Below are positions 37,387 to 48,482 of a DNA stretch of 64,000 bases, piece by piece. Origin of the DNA: Octopus sinensis (lineage: Eukaryota); assembly GCF_006345805.1 (NCBI RefSeq), contig NC_043000.1, positions 77,748,001 through 77,812,000 on the forward strand, given 5' to 3'. The notes beneath the pieces were generated by a model, which was given only the letters and a program-made list of their open reading frames with translations, was not told the DNA's origin and ran no database searches. Each line of letters starts with the position of its first letter. Positions within the stretch are counted from its first letter, which is position 1. Made by a program: the position numbers and the translations under genes.

Positions 37387-40300
37387 AATATAATACACAA
37401 AAGTCTAAAAATGTATAGACACCCTTATCTTCGAAAGACTTATTTCTAGAGGCAAGTTTGATGCATTTAATATTTATTTATTATTTAGTAGACATGCCTT
37501 GTGCAGCTTTCAACGGTTTAACCCTTTTCAGCATTGTGCTAATGACTAGTATCCGCACAGTGGTACAATGAAGTAGATGTCGATTTACTTTTGCGATGTA
37601 TTTGTATGTGTGTGCTCGTGTGTCTGTGCGTGTGTGTGTACACACTCATACACAAACATATTTATGTACATAAATTAGAGAACACTTTTTGTCATATGTT
37701 AGCTCAACCAGGGCTCCCTCGGGGTTAAACAATAGTAACAATAACGAGGTGAAGAATAAATCTAGAAGTTAAACATGTTATAAGTGAAGTAATATCTATC
37801 CCCACTCAACCGTAGTTGTTCTTTTAGAACATATAATACTGCGGTAGATACCATAAGAAAAACTCTTATTAATAGCTTTTGGAGCTAAGTGTACTCTTGC
37901 TTACATCAAGAGTGTATTTTGCACCAAAAACCAATGTGAGAGTTTTTCTCATGGTAACTACCGCTGTATTGTTTGTTCTACTAGAACATTCAAGTTTAAG
38001 TGGGGATAAATATTACCTCTCAATATTAATACTATTTTTGTGGCTAGTAGCTGGCTTTACAAACTAGATGAAGTTCTACGTAGTCTACATTTCCAACCAT
38101 TTGAATTAGAAAGTTATCTCATCTTTTAAGTTTTAGATTTTGAAAACCATCTCAAAAGGAGTGACCTTGTTTTTAATTGCTTGGATTATCTCACTTGATC
38201 AAACTTTTTGTACTCACTATATTTCTAACATTCGTCGATTCCTAAAGTACGAACAACTAAAGGGAGGTGAACTGAAAAAGTTAAAGAGATGCAACTAAAT
38301 ACAGTCACTATAGATAAAACCTTAAATTTAGAAATGTTGAAGTGAATATTAAAGCGGTGATTTTATATTGGTAGTGATGGTGCTTTGTGAATTTTAATAA
38401 GTAGAGTTGAAAGGAAAGATGTCGTCTCCAGGTGTAAGTGGTAATGTTTTAACAAAATTTTCACTTGTATATCGCGCTTGTTAATTAGGATGGGGATGGG
38501 AAAAGAATCATTACCCCACCCCACTTCCCGATCTCTGGGAATATTTACTACATATCTGTGCAGCAGAACTGCCAGAACACTGAAGCAATTGTTTGGTATT
38601 TAGTTACCGGCCGTTTACATACTCAATTCAAAACTCATAAGAATTGTTATTTAACCCCAGGCCAGTCGTGACCGAGCAAATGTTGTTCAAAGATGTCCAA
38701 CAATGAACATCCTACTTTTACATTTTCACTTCATCTTATTTTATTCTATTTATTTGTTTGTTTATATTCAATTCATTTACTTCTATTTTACTATTTTTTC
38801 TTTTTGTTCTCATCTCATAGTAATTATAGGATCATATCGTCGTATAGTTTCATTTCTCAGACAGAACTGTGCAATTTGAGGGAGTTTTGGTTGCTATCCG
38901 TCACGTAGAGACTATCTATGTTAGCTCGATGCCACCAGAGGCTAATTCTCTTCACTATAGATACCAGTAATGTAACGAATGCTTATTGCGTGCGATACAG
39001 TGAATAGCAAAACTACGATCAATTGAGACTATCTCAGCAATTATTATACAAAATCCCTCTTTGCAGGGTTTTCAATTAAAAAAGTAAAAGAAGTAATTGC
39101 AATAATCTCAGTGAGATCAATTTTTTGTACGATGTCGATTGGAATGGATCTTGCCTTTAAAAGATCCTTTTAAAACTGTTTACGTCTTATTTAATTTCTT
39201 CACTTAAACAGATCTTATTTAGTTCGGAAAAAAGCGAAAAGCAATCAACATAAATACGTACATACACTCCGACACAAAAATACATGTAAATTTTGAAGGC
39301 AATTCGTATTTACTATTTTATACCTAGCCCTACCAAGGATCCACTGAGTCAGATCGGTGATTACAATTGGATTTGGTATTTGCATATCTACCCTATCTTG
39401 CCAGTACTTGAAGTATACAATGTACTTTTATTTCCCCGTGAGCTCTATGTGTCTGCACCTAGCCATTTCCTGACGACTAGCATGTTGATGTGCCTTGATT
39501 CTTAAGGAATTGATATAACTGATTGATATATATCTGCTGTGTAAGTTAGGAAGGACTAAATATTTTCTAATATTTAGTTTTGAGTTTCTACCACTCAAGT
39601 CGACCTTATTTCGTCTTTTGACTCACAATATATTAGAAGTATCCGACGCTCCGTCAGTTATGACAATAGTCCCAGTTAATCCAATTATCAGAACAACCAC
39701 TTTGTGAAATTAACGTACAAGTGGCTGAGTACTCCACAGACATGAATACATTTAACGTAGTTCTCGGGGAATATTCAATGCAACACAGAATGTAACAAAG
39801 CTGGCCCTTTGAAATACAAATGTTACTCATTTTTGCCAGCTGAGTGAACTGGAGCAACGTCAAATAAAGGGTTGTGTTCAAGGACACAACGACCTTACGA
39901 TCGCGCCTTCCGGTAGTTATTGTGTAAACCTCGGAAAGATAGAAAAGATTTGATTCAGAATGTGAAGAGAACGCGATATCTCAAAACCCTCTGCTGCATG
40001 ACACTGTCATCGTGGATATTGCTTTTCGGTATTTATTAGATTCCTTTTTCAAGTTTCTGTTCAATCAGTCACATGACTTGTCAAAAGTAGCTTAGAAATA
40101 ATACTAATAACCAGCTGTAACAGTGGCGTTTAACAAGGTGACGTCGTAAAGCGAGAAGGTACGTCACGAAATAAGTTATACCTAAAATACTGAAACATTA
40201 TTGTGAGGTCGGTTCATCTAGTAGCTAACGGATTAAATTTTGATCATAGATTATCTCGATTAAGATTGATCTGGAGTGTGTGTTTTATTAAACATCACAA

Positions 40301-41914
40301 AATACTTTTACATTTATTTTCATTTCAATGACAATGCTGCACGACGTTCAAAATAATTCTCCCTTTTTCAATGACATTGAGTAACCTTAACAGAAACAAA
40401 AGTTAGTGTCCTACAGAGTTTCATATGACCTCCCCTATTCATTTTTCGTCTTTATTGATGATCATCGAACATCACATTTACATCTCATGCTTGTCGTTTT
40501 GATGATGTTACAAACGTTTCATTTAATAGTGATAAATTAAGAACAATTGGAAACTCTGAACTAAATTCAGTTAACCTATAGTTAAAGACACATTAGAATT
40601 CAATGACAGTTATTATAAACTAATGATATTCATCTCCGAAATGAAGTCAATTAAAAGAAATACGAATTTTTGGCAAAAAAAATGTCAGACTTAAAGAAAA
40701 TATATTTAACTAGATATACAAATTACCGCGAATGCTACAATGATAATGACTTGTGGCGTATTTCCCTCACAAATCAACTATTTAAATTAAGTTGCGCTTG
40801 TGGCATTCTGTCTAAACTACTATGTAATACGCTTAAATCAATTTGGTATTGATCTGAGAAATTTAGTTTAAACAGGATATATTTGTCTGGTTATTTTTCT
40901 ATTTGATTTTCTTTCTGTGTCTTGTATTAGTGAAATATTCAAGTAACTGTCACAACAGATACAAACATTTGCAACAATGCAACAGTAGTTGTCATTGATT
41001 CAATTATGAACGTAACAGAAAAATCTATGAAGTATGCGCTGTAAACCAGTACACAATACCTTAGTATTTTTAAAACACAAGCCTGCATATATGCATATAT
41101 ACATATGTGTATACACACATGCACGCACGTACGACACAACACACGGAATGTCTAGGTAAAGGACTGGAGTAGGGGACACAGTTGGGTTGTCCTTTGATCA
41201 GAGCTGATTTGTGGCGAAATAACAGCAACGATGATGATGAAAACAATGATGCTACCACCGCCACTAACCTCCATCACAACCACTAAAATCCCACCTCATC
41301 AACACTACCATTATCACCACTAATCCCCATTATTAACCCATACTGCCACCATCACTACTACTAAACCACCACCACCAATAACCATAACAACAACAACAAG
41401 CATGAAACGACAACAAAGATGTAGGCTTATACGTGATCTCGTTATCTGTTAGAAACAGCAGCCTAATGGGATTCAAATTACATTTTACAGTCATAATCAA
41501 GGCAGAATATGTTAGATGATTTTTTCCTAAATGTACTGTATCTGGATAATAGAGAATGATCACGGATAAGGTCGTTTCTGATCATGAGTCGGGTTGGTCG
41601 GGACAGTCATGGGGTAAACAACAATACGGTATGTGGGGCAGAATAGCTGAAGTGTTGCAAGAGAAATAAATCTGGTAGATGTTGGGTGAGGAATAAAATA
41701 TCTGATATGAATGATATGAATAATTGTCTTAGCAGTGCAAACATAAAAATTTATTGCAAGAAGACATCTTTAACAGTTTTCACAATCACAAAAATCAAAA
41801 GGTGAAATCAATGTCATGAACATTACATGAACAGAAGGTAGAAATTAAATTGTGAAGAAATCGAAGGAGATTGAACATCAGACATAATTTCAAGTCTTAC
41901 TTTCTTTCATTCAT

Positions 41915-41954
<40 letters not shown>

Positions 41955-41970
41955 TATTATTTATTTATTT

Positions 41971-42322
41971 ATTACCTTCACCTTCACTAAGGCGGAGGTA
42001 TTGTTTTCAGTAGCGTTTGTTGTTTGATTGTCCGTGGACAAGATATCTCAAGAACCGCAGGATGGATTCGGATGAAACTTTCAGGTAAGTTTGGCCTTGT
42101 GACTGGCACAAACTGATTAGATTCCGTGAACAATCCAGTATTGGACAAAGATTCTGGATTATTTTTCCAATTTTTTAACTTAATTTCTGAGAGCGGTCGG
42201 GTTCGTTTTTAGAGCAGTCGAGTTTATTTCAGATATTCTCATTTTAACAATCATCGGCTAATCTTTGAGAGGATGTTGGTGTTGCTTTGGCGGAGGTTTG
42301 CGCTCTCTGAGTGCTCTTGTTT
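41971..42322 (+). mobile_element. Helentron-associated (HINE/DINE-like) non-autonomous element
   Basis: 5' attacctt...aaggcggaggtattgttttc, gtccgt..tctcaagaaccgc..gatggatt core, and 3' ttggcggaggtttgcgctctctgagtgct. Inserted in a T-rich tract. Confidence 0.6.
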
Positions 42323-42839
42323 ATTTATTTATTTCTCTCTCCAGCCTTCTTTCTTCTCTCCATCTCTTTCTCTATCACTGTTTTTTTCCTGGTTGTATGA
42401 AATATTTGATATGCTGTCAAATTTTTATACTTTAATTGAAAGAAATCACAAAGGAATAAAACAGCAAAGCTAACCGTCGCCGCCAACCGCCCGACAGGCA
42501 CTGCAGATTAGCAGATATGGATATTTCAATATTATTTCACCTTATTTCTAATTTTTTTCGGTCAACTGTAATGTTTATCATCTAGGTCCAAAATATAAGT
42601 AACAGCAATGTGTTGAAATCACAACATTCATTCTCACATACACACATGCGCTTATATATGAAAAGAGATATGTATATAAACATATGTATTACAAAGACAT
42701 ACATACATTCACCTTCTTTTCTTTACCTTTTTACTTGTTTCAGACATTTGACTGTCGCAATGCTGGGGCACTGTCTTGAAGGGTTTTAGTCGAACAAATC
42801 AGTTTGAAACCTGATGTCAACCTGTCCAGATCTAAACTC

Positions 42840-42955
42840 AGAACATCGACGCAACTAAATACTGTAACCGTAATGCTATGATGGACCGTGAAGTCTGGCG
42901 TAGCATGGTAAATTCCATTGTCTCGACCACGGTCGAACAATGATGATGATGATCT
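42840..42955 (+). mobile_element. RTE-like LINE 3' end with (TGA)n tail
   Basis: RNAMMDREVWRSMVNSIVSTTVEQ* followed by tgatgatgatgat. Confidence 0.6.
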
Positions 42956-43122
42956 GTAATCTATCATCCTAATAATAACAACGATTCCTTACTTTGGTTT
43001 AAACCTGGACAGGTTGACATCAGATTTCAAACTTGTGATTACCAAAGAATAGACACGAATCAAATAGTAATTCGATTACATACACCCTTCAAATTTAGAG
43101 CTTTTTGTTCGTTTTTCTTTAG

Positions 43123-43161
43123 AAGATGGTATATGCGATAGAAAGGATGCATTGAATGCTG
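43123..43161 (+). CDS. Candidate 39-nt phase-1 symmetric micro-exon of an unidentified host gene ((E/K/Q)DGICDRKDALNA)
   Basis: Acceptor ctttttgttcgtttttctttAG, donor G|GTAAGT, length divisible by 3, only one frame open. No partner exon identified. Confidence 0.4.
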
Positions 43162-43734
43162 GTAAGTCTTACATCAGCAAGTCGAACAGAATACCATTCC
43201 ATCGCTAACATTCTCCAACTGAAGTTGAATCTGTACTTCAACTGAAGAATTAGAAATAAGAAACGAAAGATATATGAAATTATGTCGCTTATTCGGAAAA
43301 GTGAAATTAAGAATGGTTATAAGCAAATATTCCATTGCATAATCGATGTATCGATCTTACATTGGTTATTTAATGTTTTAATCTATAAATAAGGCATTCT
43401 CCACTTGACTTGCAATTTTCTGCGCAGGCAGTCAGCCATTATAGCTGTTTCATTGAAACAGAAAGTCCATTCTGTGAAAATGTCAAGACATTCTTCTGTT
43501 CAAATTCATCAACAGACAGACAGCACCAATATACTGATTATTACAAACTCATTTTCCCCTTCATTTTTGTTAATAGTTATTCTTGTTTACTATTTTTTGT
43601 TTGTTGTTTTAGTTATATTTTTTACTTTTAATTATTTTCGTTTAAGATATATCAGTGTGTTTTTCTTTCGATACCAACCCATCTGCTTCTACGTTGTGTT
43701 CTTCAGCAAAACGCTTCACTTCATGTTGTTCCAG

Positions 43735-43915
43735 TTCACTCACCTGTAAATGGTTAACCCTGGTACCTCGTTGGGAAGGAACGTTGGCCTACCTATCCAG
43801 CCAGGTGGCGTGACCTCATTTGAAACCTACAACACTGTGAGGAAGCGCATTGTGACTAGCGTTGTATAAGCACATTTGATAGCTTGATCAATACAGTGAT
43901 TCAGTGATACAGTAA
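43735..43915. mobile_element. SINE-derived fragments; 43800-43915 resembles the SINE C 3' part
   Basis: ggcgtgacctcatttgaa..gaagcgcattgtgactagc..tgatagc matches 2068-2135. Confidence 0.55.
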
Positions 43916-44425
43916 TATTTATATACCTGTCTCATCTATATGATTATTTACATAGCTGTGTGCCTAGGTGCCTTTGTGTGTATATTTATATATCAGTGTG
44001 TCTATGATTATGTGTCCATTTATACACCCACTTGCCTCATTGTAAATGCAGCACATACATTCATATAGTGTGCGACAAAATTACCTTCATTACTTTACGC
44101 TGCCGCTGATGTATCTCTAATGACGTTAAGCAGGTAGTGACAGTCCTTTCGTATAGCTATTGTGAAGAGTTTTTTGTTGAACTCTGTATGTATACGTGTA
44201 CTTGTGTATACACACATATTGGACTATATAGGACCGAAATTAAGTGCACACGCACACACACATACACACACACACACAGTATACAAAACTGGGGGCACAC
44301 ACAGACATAAAGTGCTCAAGAGTGAAGTATATACACCAAATTTGATAGACCAACAATACACATACACAGACCTTCATTTGCATTTATACAAGCCTTGACA
44401 AATACAAACATGTACACAGAACTTT

Positions 44426-44466
<41 letters not shown>

Positions 44467-44575
44467 ATCCATGCGCGCATATACATACACACACATGTTC
44501 ATAGATAGGAGAAGATATCGTTTTGCTCTCTTCTTGTACGACAGATGCCATAGTGCACTACATATCATATTCAAT

Positions 44576-44669
<94 letters not shown>

Positions 44670-44671
<2 letters not shown>

Positions 44672-44897
44672 GGAGTAAATACATAAATGTGAAACAAGGT
44701 GGAAAGAAGAGTACTAAAATACCAGTGGTAGAGTAATATGCTTTATTTAAAGCAGCAGAAAATTCAACAGAATCTGTTACTCTGAGTTTCTCGTTGCCGT
44801 TCATCAGACAGTTTTTTCTAGCAAAAACTGTCTGATGAACGGCAACGAGAAACTCAGAGTAACAGATTTTGTTGAATTTTCTACTGCTTTAAATAAA

Positions 44898-44898
<1 letters not shown>
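44670..44898. mobile_element. PLE pseudo-LTR fold-back element in (TA)n; inverted repeat 44741-44816 / 44823-44898
   Basis: Second copy of 2215-2431, same leader and hairpin. Confidence 0.88.
44774..44865. ncRNA. Pair of intact-core minimal hammerheads: 44774-44811 (-) and 44828-44865 (+)
   Basis: ctgt-CTGATGA-a-cg-gcaa-cg-a-GAAA-ctcagag-TA-acag. Confidence 0.82.
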
Positions 44899-44984
<86 letters not shown>

Positions 44985-45183
44985 GTGAATGAATTATCCT
45001 ATGTTTATCGTCAGCATGGAAAATTCGTTTAACCGAAACCTGGGTAGCAAATTCACGTCAGAAACACGGTTGCAGCGACCTGTCCAAGCGTAGAAAATCC
45101 GGGTTCATGTGCAGAAATTTGTGTGTTGTATATGAATAAATGAAGGAATGGAGTCGAACGAAGATGTTAACAAAATTCCTTTA

Positions 45184-45265
45184 CTCTCGACATATGTTTC
45201 GAAGACAACATGTTTTCATTCCAAAGGAATAAAGGGTGCATTATGCAATCTTCTCATCAGGAAAG
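45184..45265 (-). ncRNA. Type I hammerhead motif, family A
   Basis: ctttc-CTGATGA-gaaga...tcttc-GAAA-catatg-TC-gagag. 5-bp stems I and II, palindromic stem III. Confidence 0.82.
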
Positions 45266-45366
45266 AAAGGGAGCCTCTCTCGACAACAAAACAAACAAAA
45301 ATTTCGATGACTGCCTACAAGGTAAACAAAGCGATAATGAGTGTTTTTTTTTAAAAACCGTTAGGC

Positions 45367-46439
45367 AGGCCAACTTAGAAACTAAACAGATTATGGAAAC
45401 TTGCGGATTACAGATGAAGACGGAACCATTGAACCCTAGGCAACCCAGATTCATCTTAAAGGACCACAAGCAGAACTTTCATACTAACCCAGCATTGCGG
45501 CTCATATGCCCTTCCAGTTCAGACATCGGTACCCTTAGTAAATACATATTAGATAAGTATATCCCTATATTAATTAATAGGTTAAAACTTAGCTTATGGT
45601 CCAATTCTGTTCAAGTCGTAGATTGGTTTACTTCTATTACTGATAAGGCCAACACTAAATTTATACAATTCGATATATCTAGTTTCTATTCTTCAATCAA
45701 CCCTATTGGACTTAATAAGGCCCTATGGCACGCACACAATAAGGCAGGCCTCTCCAAGGAGGAAATTAGTGTGATATTGACAGTTAGGAAATCTTTCATA
45801 CAGTTCGATAGCAAGTTGTGGGTCCGTAGAGATACCCCTAATGCGTTTGATGTACTAACGGGAAGTACAGACAGCACCCAGATAGCAAATTTGGTCGGAA
45901 TTTATATTCTTTATGAAATGGCCGACCAATTCCCGGACATCTGTGGAGGTCTTTATCGTGACGATTGTCTGCTTTACCTCCAAAACGTTTCGAACCAAAA
46001 AATACAGAAGGTTAAGAACAGATTAGTTAGGTTCTTTAGTAGAATGGGCTTGCGCATAGTTTTTGACGATGAATTAACTAAAGCCAACTTCTTAGACATT
46101 ACCCTCAATTTGCAGAATAACTCATACTTCCCTTATCATAAACCTTCCACAAATCTTAAGTATATTAGCATTTTCAGTAATCATGCCAGGCCAATTACCG
46201 ATAATTTAGTTAAAAACATATCTCTGAGACTGTCCAAATTATCTGCTAATGTCCACATCTTTAACCAAAAAGCAGAATTCTATAACGCCGCCTTGTTAAG
46301 AGCCGGTTATACGGAGAAAGTGTCATACATCGACTCAGCTCATTCTAAATCAACATCTGCTTCTCCAGATAGTAAAGTTACTCGTAATAGGAATAAAGAT
46401 TTCAATTCTAATAGTGCCAGCAACCCTGTACATAAATAA
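45367..46439 (+). pseudogene. PLE reverse transcriptase, 5'-truncated; the first ~52 codons of track ORF 45210 are inverted pseudo-LTR, not coding
   Basis: RT motifs as above. 45210-45366 is the reverse complement of the 3' pseudo-LTR. Confidence 0.85.
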
Positions 46440-47708
46440 ATTCTTTACGGACTAGAGGAGGTAAACGCCATGCAACCCTAAATTTCCAACCCAGAAATTT
46501 TTCCCTTACTATCACAAATAACACAAAGAACAATTCAAAGGCCACAAAAAACCGTATCTTGTTCGCAATACCTTTCGGAAAACAAATTAAATCGAACCTT
46601 CCCTTACAGTTCCGTGAAGCCGTTGTTAGGAACTTTCCAGAAATTCTAGATATCATTCTATTATCAATTCCCACAAGGTCAGAATCGCTTTCTCTAACAC
46701 TAGGAATCTTTCACAAATTATATCTTACCACAATACCAAGCTGCTAAACAAAGATTCTTCACCCGGGAGTTCCAACACTAATCTTGCTAATTCCAAACCA
46801 TCATACAATCATAATAATAGGAATAGTATTAATAGTAACAGCATTGGTAGCAGCGATAGTGTTATCAATGATAATATTAATAATAGTATTAGTCATGTTA
46901 ATAACAATGGTAGTGTTGATGGTAACAACAATAACGGTATTATTGTCGGGGGTATAACTGGTTGTAGTACCATGAATAATACTACTAATAATAGAAATAG
47001 TGTAGTTGTTAACGCTAATAATAATAGTAACAACAATCATAATAAAAAATTCGTTTCGATCTCGGAGGACAACCCCAACAGAATTAAATTTTTGTCTAGT
47101 AATTCTAAGATTAAGAATTCTATTTACCAGTGTAGAATTTCTTCCGGTACCGACGTCTTTTTCTATATAAGAGCGTCCACTTTCCAGTTATCCAAGAGAA
47201 TTTCAAACCATTATTCAACATTCAGGGATAGTAAAAAATGACATAGTACATGGCTAAGTAAGTTAGTTTGGCGTCTTAAAGACAACAATATAATTTTCAA
47301 GTTAGATTGGTTCATACTGTCTGTATCCTTTCCTTTTGATAAGGGCAGGAGATTTTGTAACATTTGTAACTCTGAACGCTTCCATATTCTTTTCTCTAAG
47401 GTTCCCCTAGTAAACACACTCATAGAAAAATCATACAGATGTAAACACTGGCAGAAACATACTTTCTATTCATATAAATGATAACGATAGTCACTGTGGT
47501 TTGAACAATTAGCTTTACGTCCACCCCACTTCTATAGCGAAATTCTTTCCTAAGCCTTCGACCATTCTTTCAATCAACGTACCCTTCCCTCCCCACTTGT
47601 TCCCTACCTATTATTCCTTTAACCCTTCTCTTCCTACTATCTATCTTTGACGTCAATTCTTCTAACGGTTTTAAAAAAAAAAACACTCATTTTAACTTTG
47701 TTTAAGCA

Positions 47709-47742
<34 letters not shown>

Positions 47743-47757
47743 CATATATGTATATAC

Positions 47758-47802
<45 letters not shown>

Positions 47803-47803
47803 C

Positions 47804-47834
<31 letters not shown>

Positions 47835-47866
47835 CATATATACATATATATATATACATATATACA

Positions 47867-47921
<55 letters not shown>

Positions 47922-47924
<3 letters not shown>

Positions 47925-48264
47925 GAAGGGACAAACAAGGACAGACAAAGGGATTGAGTCGATTACATCGACCCCAGTGTGTAACTGGCACTTATTTAAT
48001 AGACCCCGAAAGGGTGAAAGGCAAAGTCGACCTCGGCGAAATTCCAACTCAGATCGTAACGGCAAACGAAATACCTATTTCTTTACTACCCACAAGGGGC
48101 TAAACACAGAGAGGACAAACAAGGACAGACAAACGGATTAAGTAGATTATATCGTCCCCAGTGCGTAACTAGTACTTATTTAATGGACCCCGAAAGGATG
48201 AAAGGCAAAGTCGACCTCGACGGAAATTGAACTCAGAACGTAGCGGCATACGAAGTACCGCTAG

Positions 48265-48268
<4 letters not shown>
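47922..48268 (-). mobile_element. SINE family B (CORE-like) tandem dimer
   Basis: Two gaggtcgactttgcctttca..ggggtc..cttgtttgtc units. Inverted copy of 51776-52112. Confidence 0.88.
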
Positions 48269-48301
<33 letters not shown>

Positions 48302-48404
48302 ATATATGTATATATAATTATAAGCACCTGTGTATACCGTTTGGTGGTGTAGGTGGTGGAGTAAATTGATCAAAATAAAATAAAAACATGATGCGAAGGA
48401 TTCA

Positions 48405-48482
48405 GCGGTACATATGTTTCGGGCCTTTATTAGACAGATTTATAACAATGCATAATGTATGTCTGTGGCCTTCTTCAGCCGC
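48405..48482 (-). ncRNA. Type I hammerhead motif, family C (sense to the PLE)
   Basis: gcgg-CTGAAGA-a-ggcc...ggcc-c-GAAA-catatg-TA-ccgc. Confidence 0.82.

Larger units (their letters stand above)
44981..47700 (+). mobile_element. PLE family A copy 1: inverted upstream pseudo-LTR (44981-45366), RT, Asn-rich linker, GIY-YIG, truncated 3' pseudo-LTR (47660-47700)
   Basis: RT motifs ILKDHKQNF..RLICPSSSDIG, QFDISSFY, DVLTGSTDS, GLYRDD. EN IYQCRI..FYIRAST..RISNH..FCNIC with stops and frameshifts. Confidence 0.92.

Noticed and set aside
37048-38070. ORFs at 37048-37398 and 37879-38067 as host exons
   Set aside because: Splice signals are weak, there are stops in alternative frames, and no domain similarity.
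45210-45366. N-terminal part of the 409-aa ORF as genuine RT sequence
   Set aside because: It is the reverse complement of the hammerhead-bearing pseudo-LTR.
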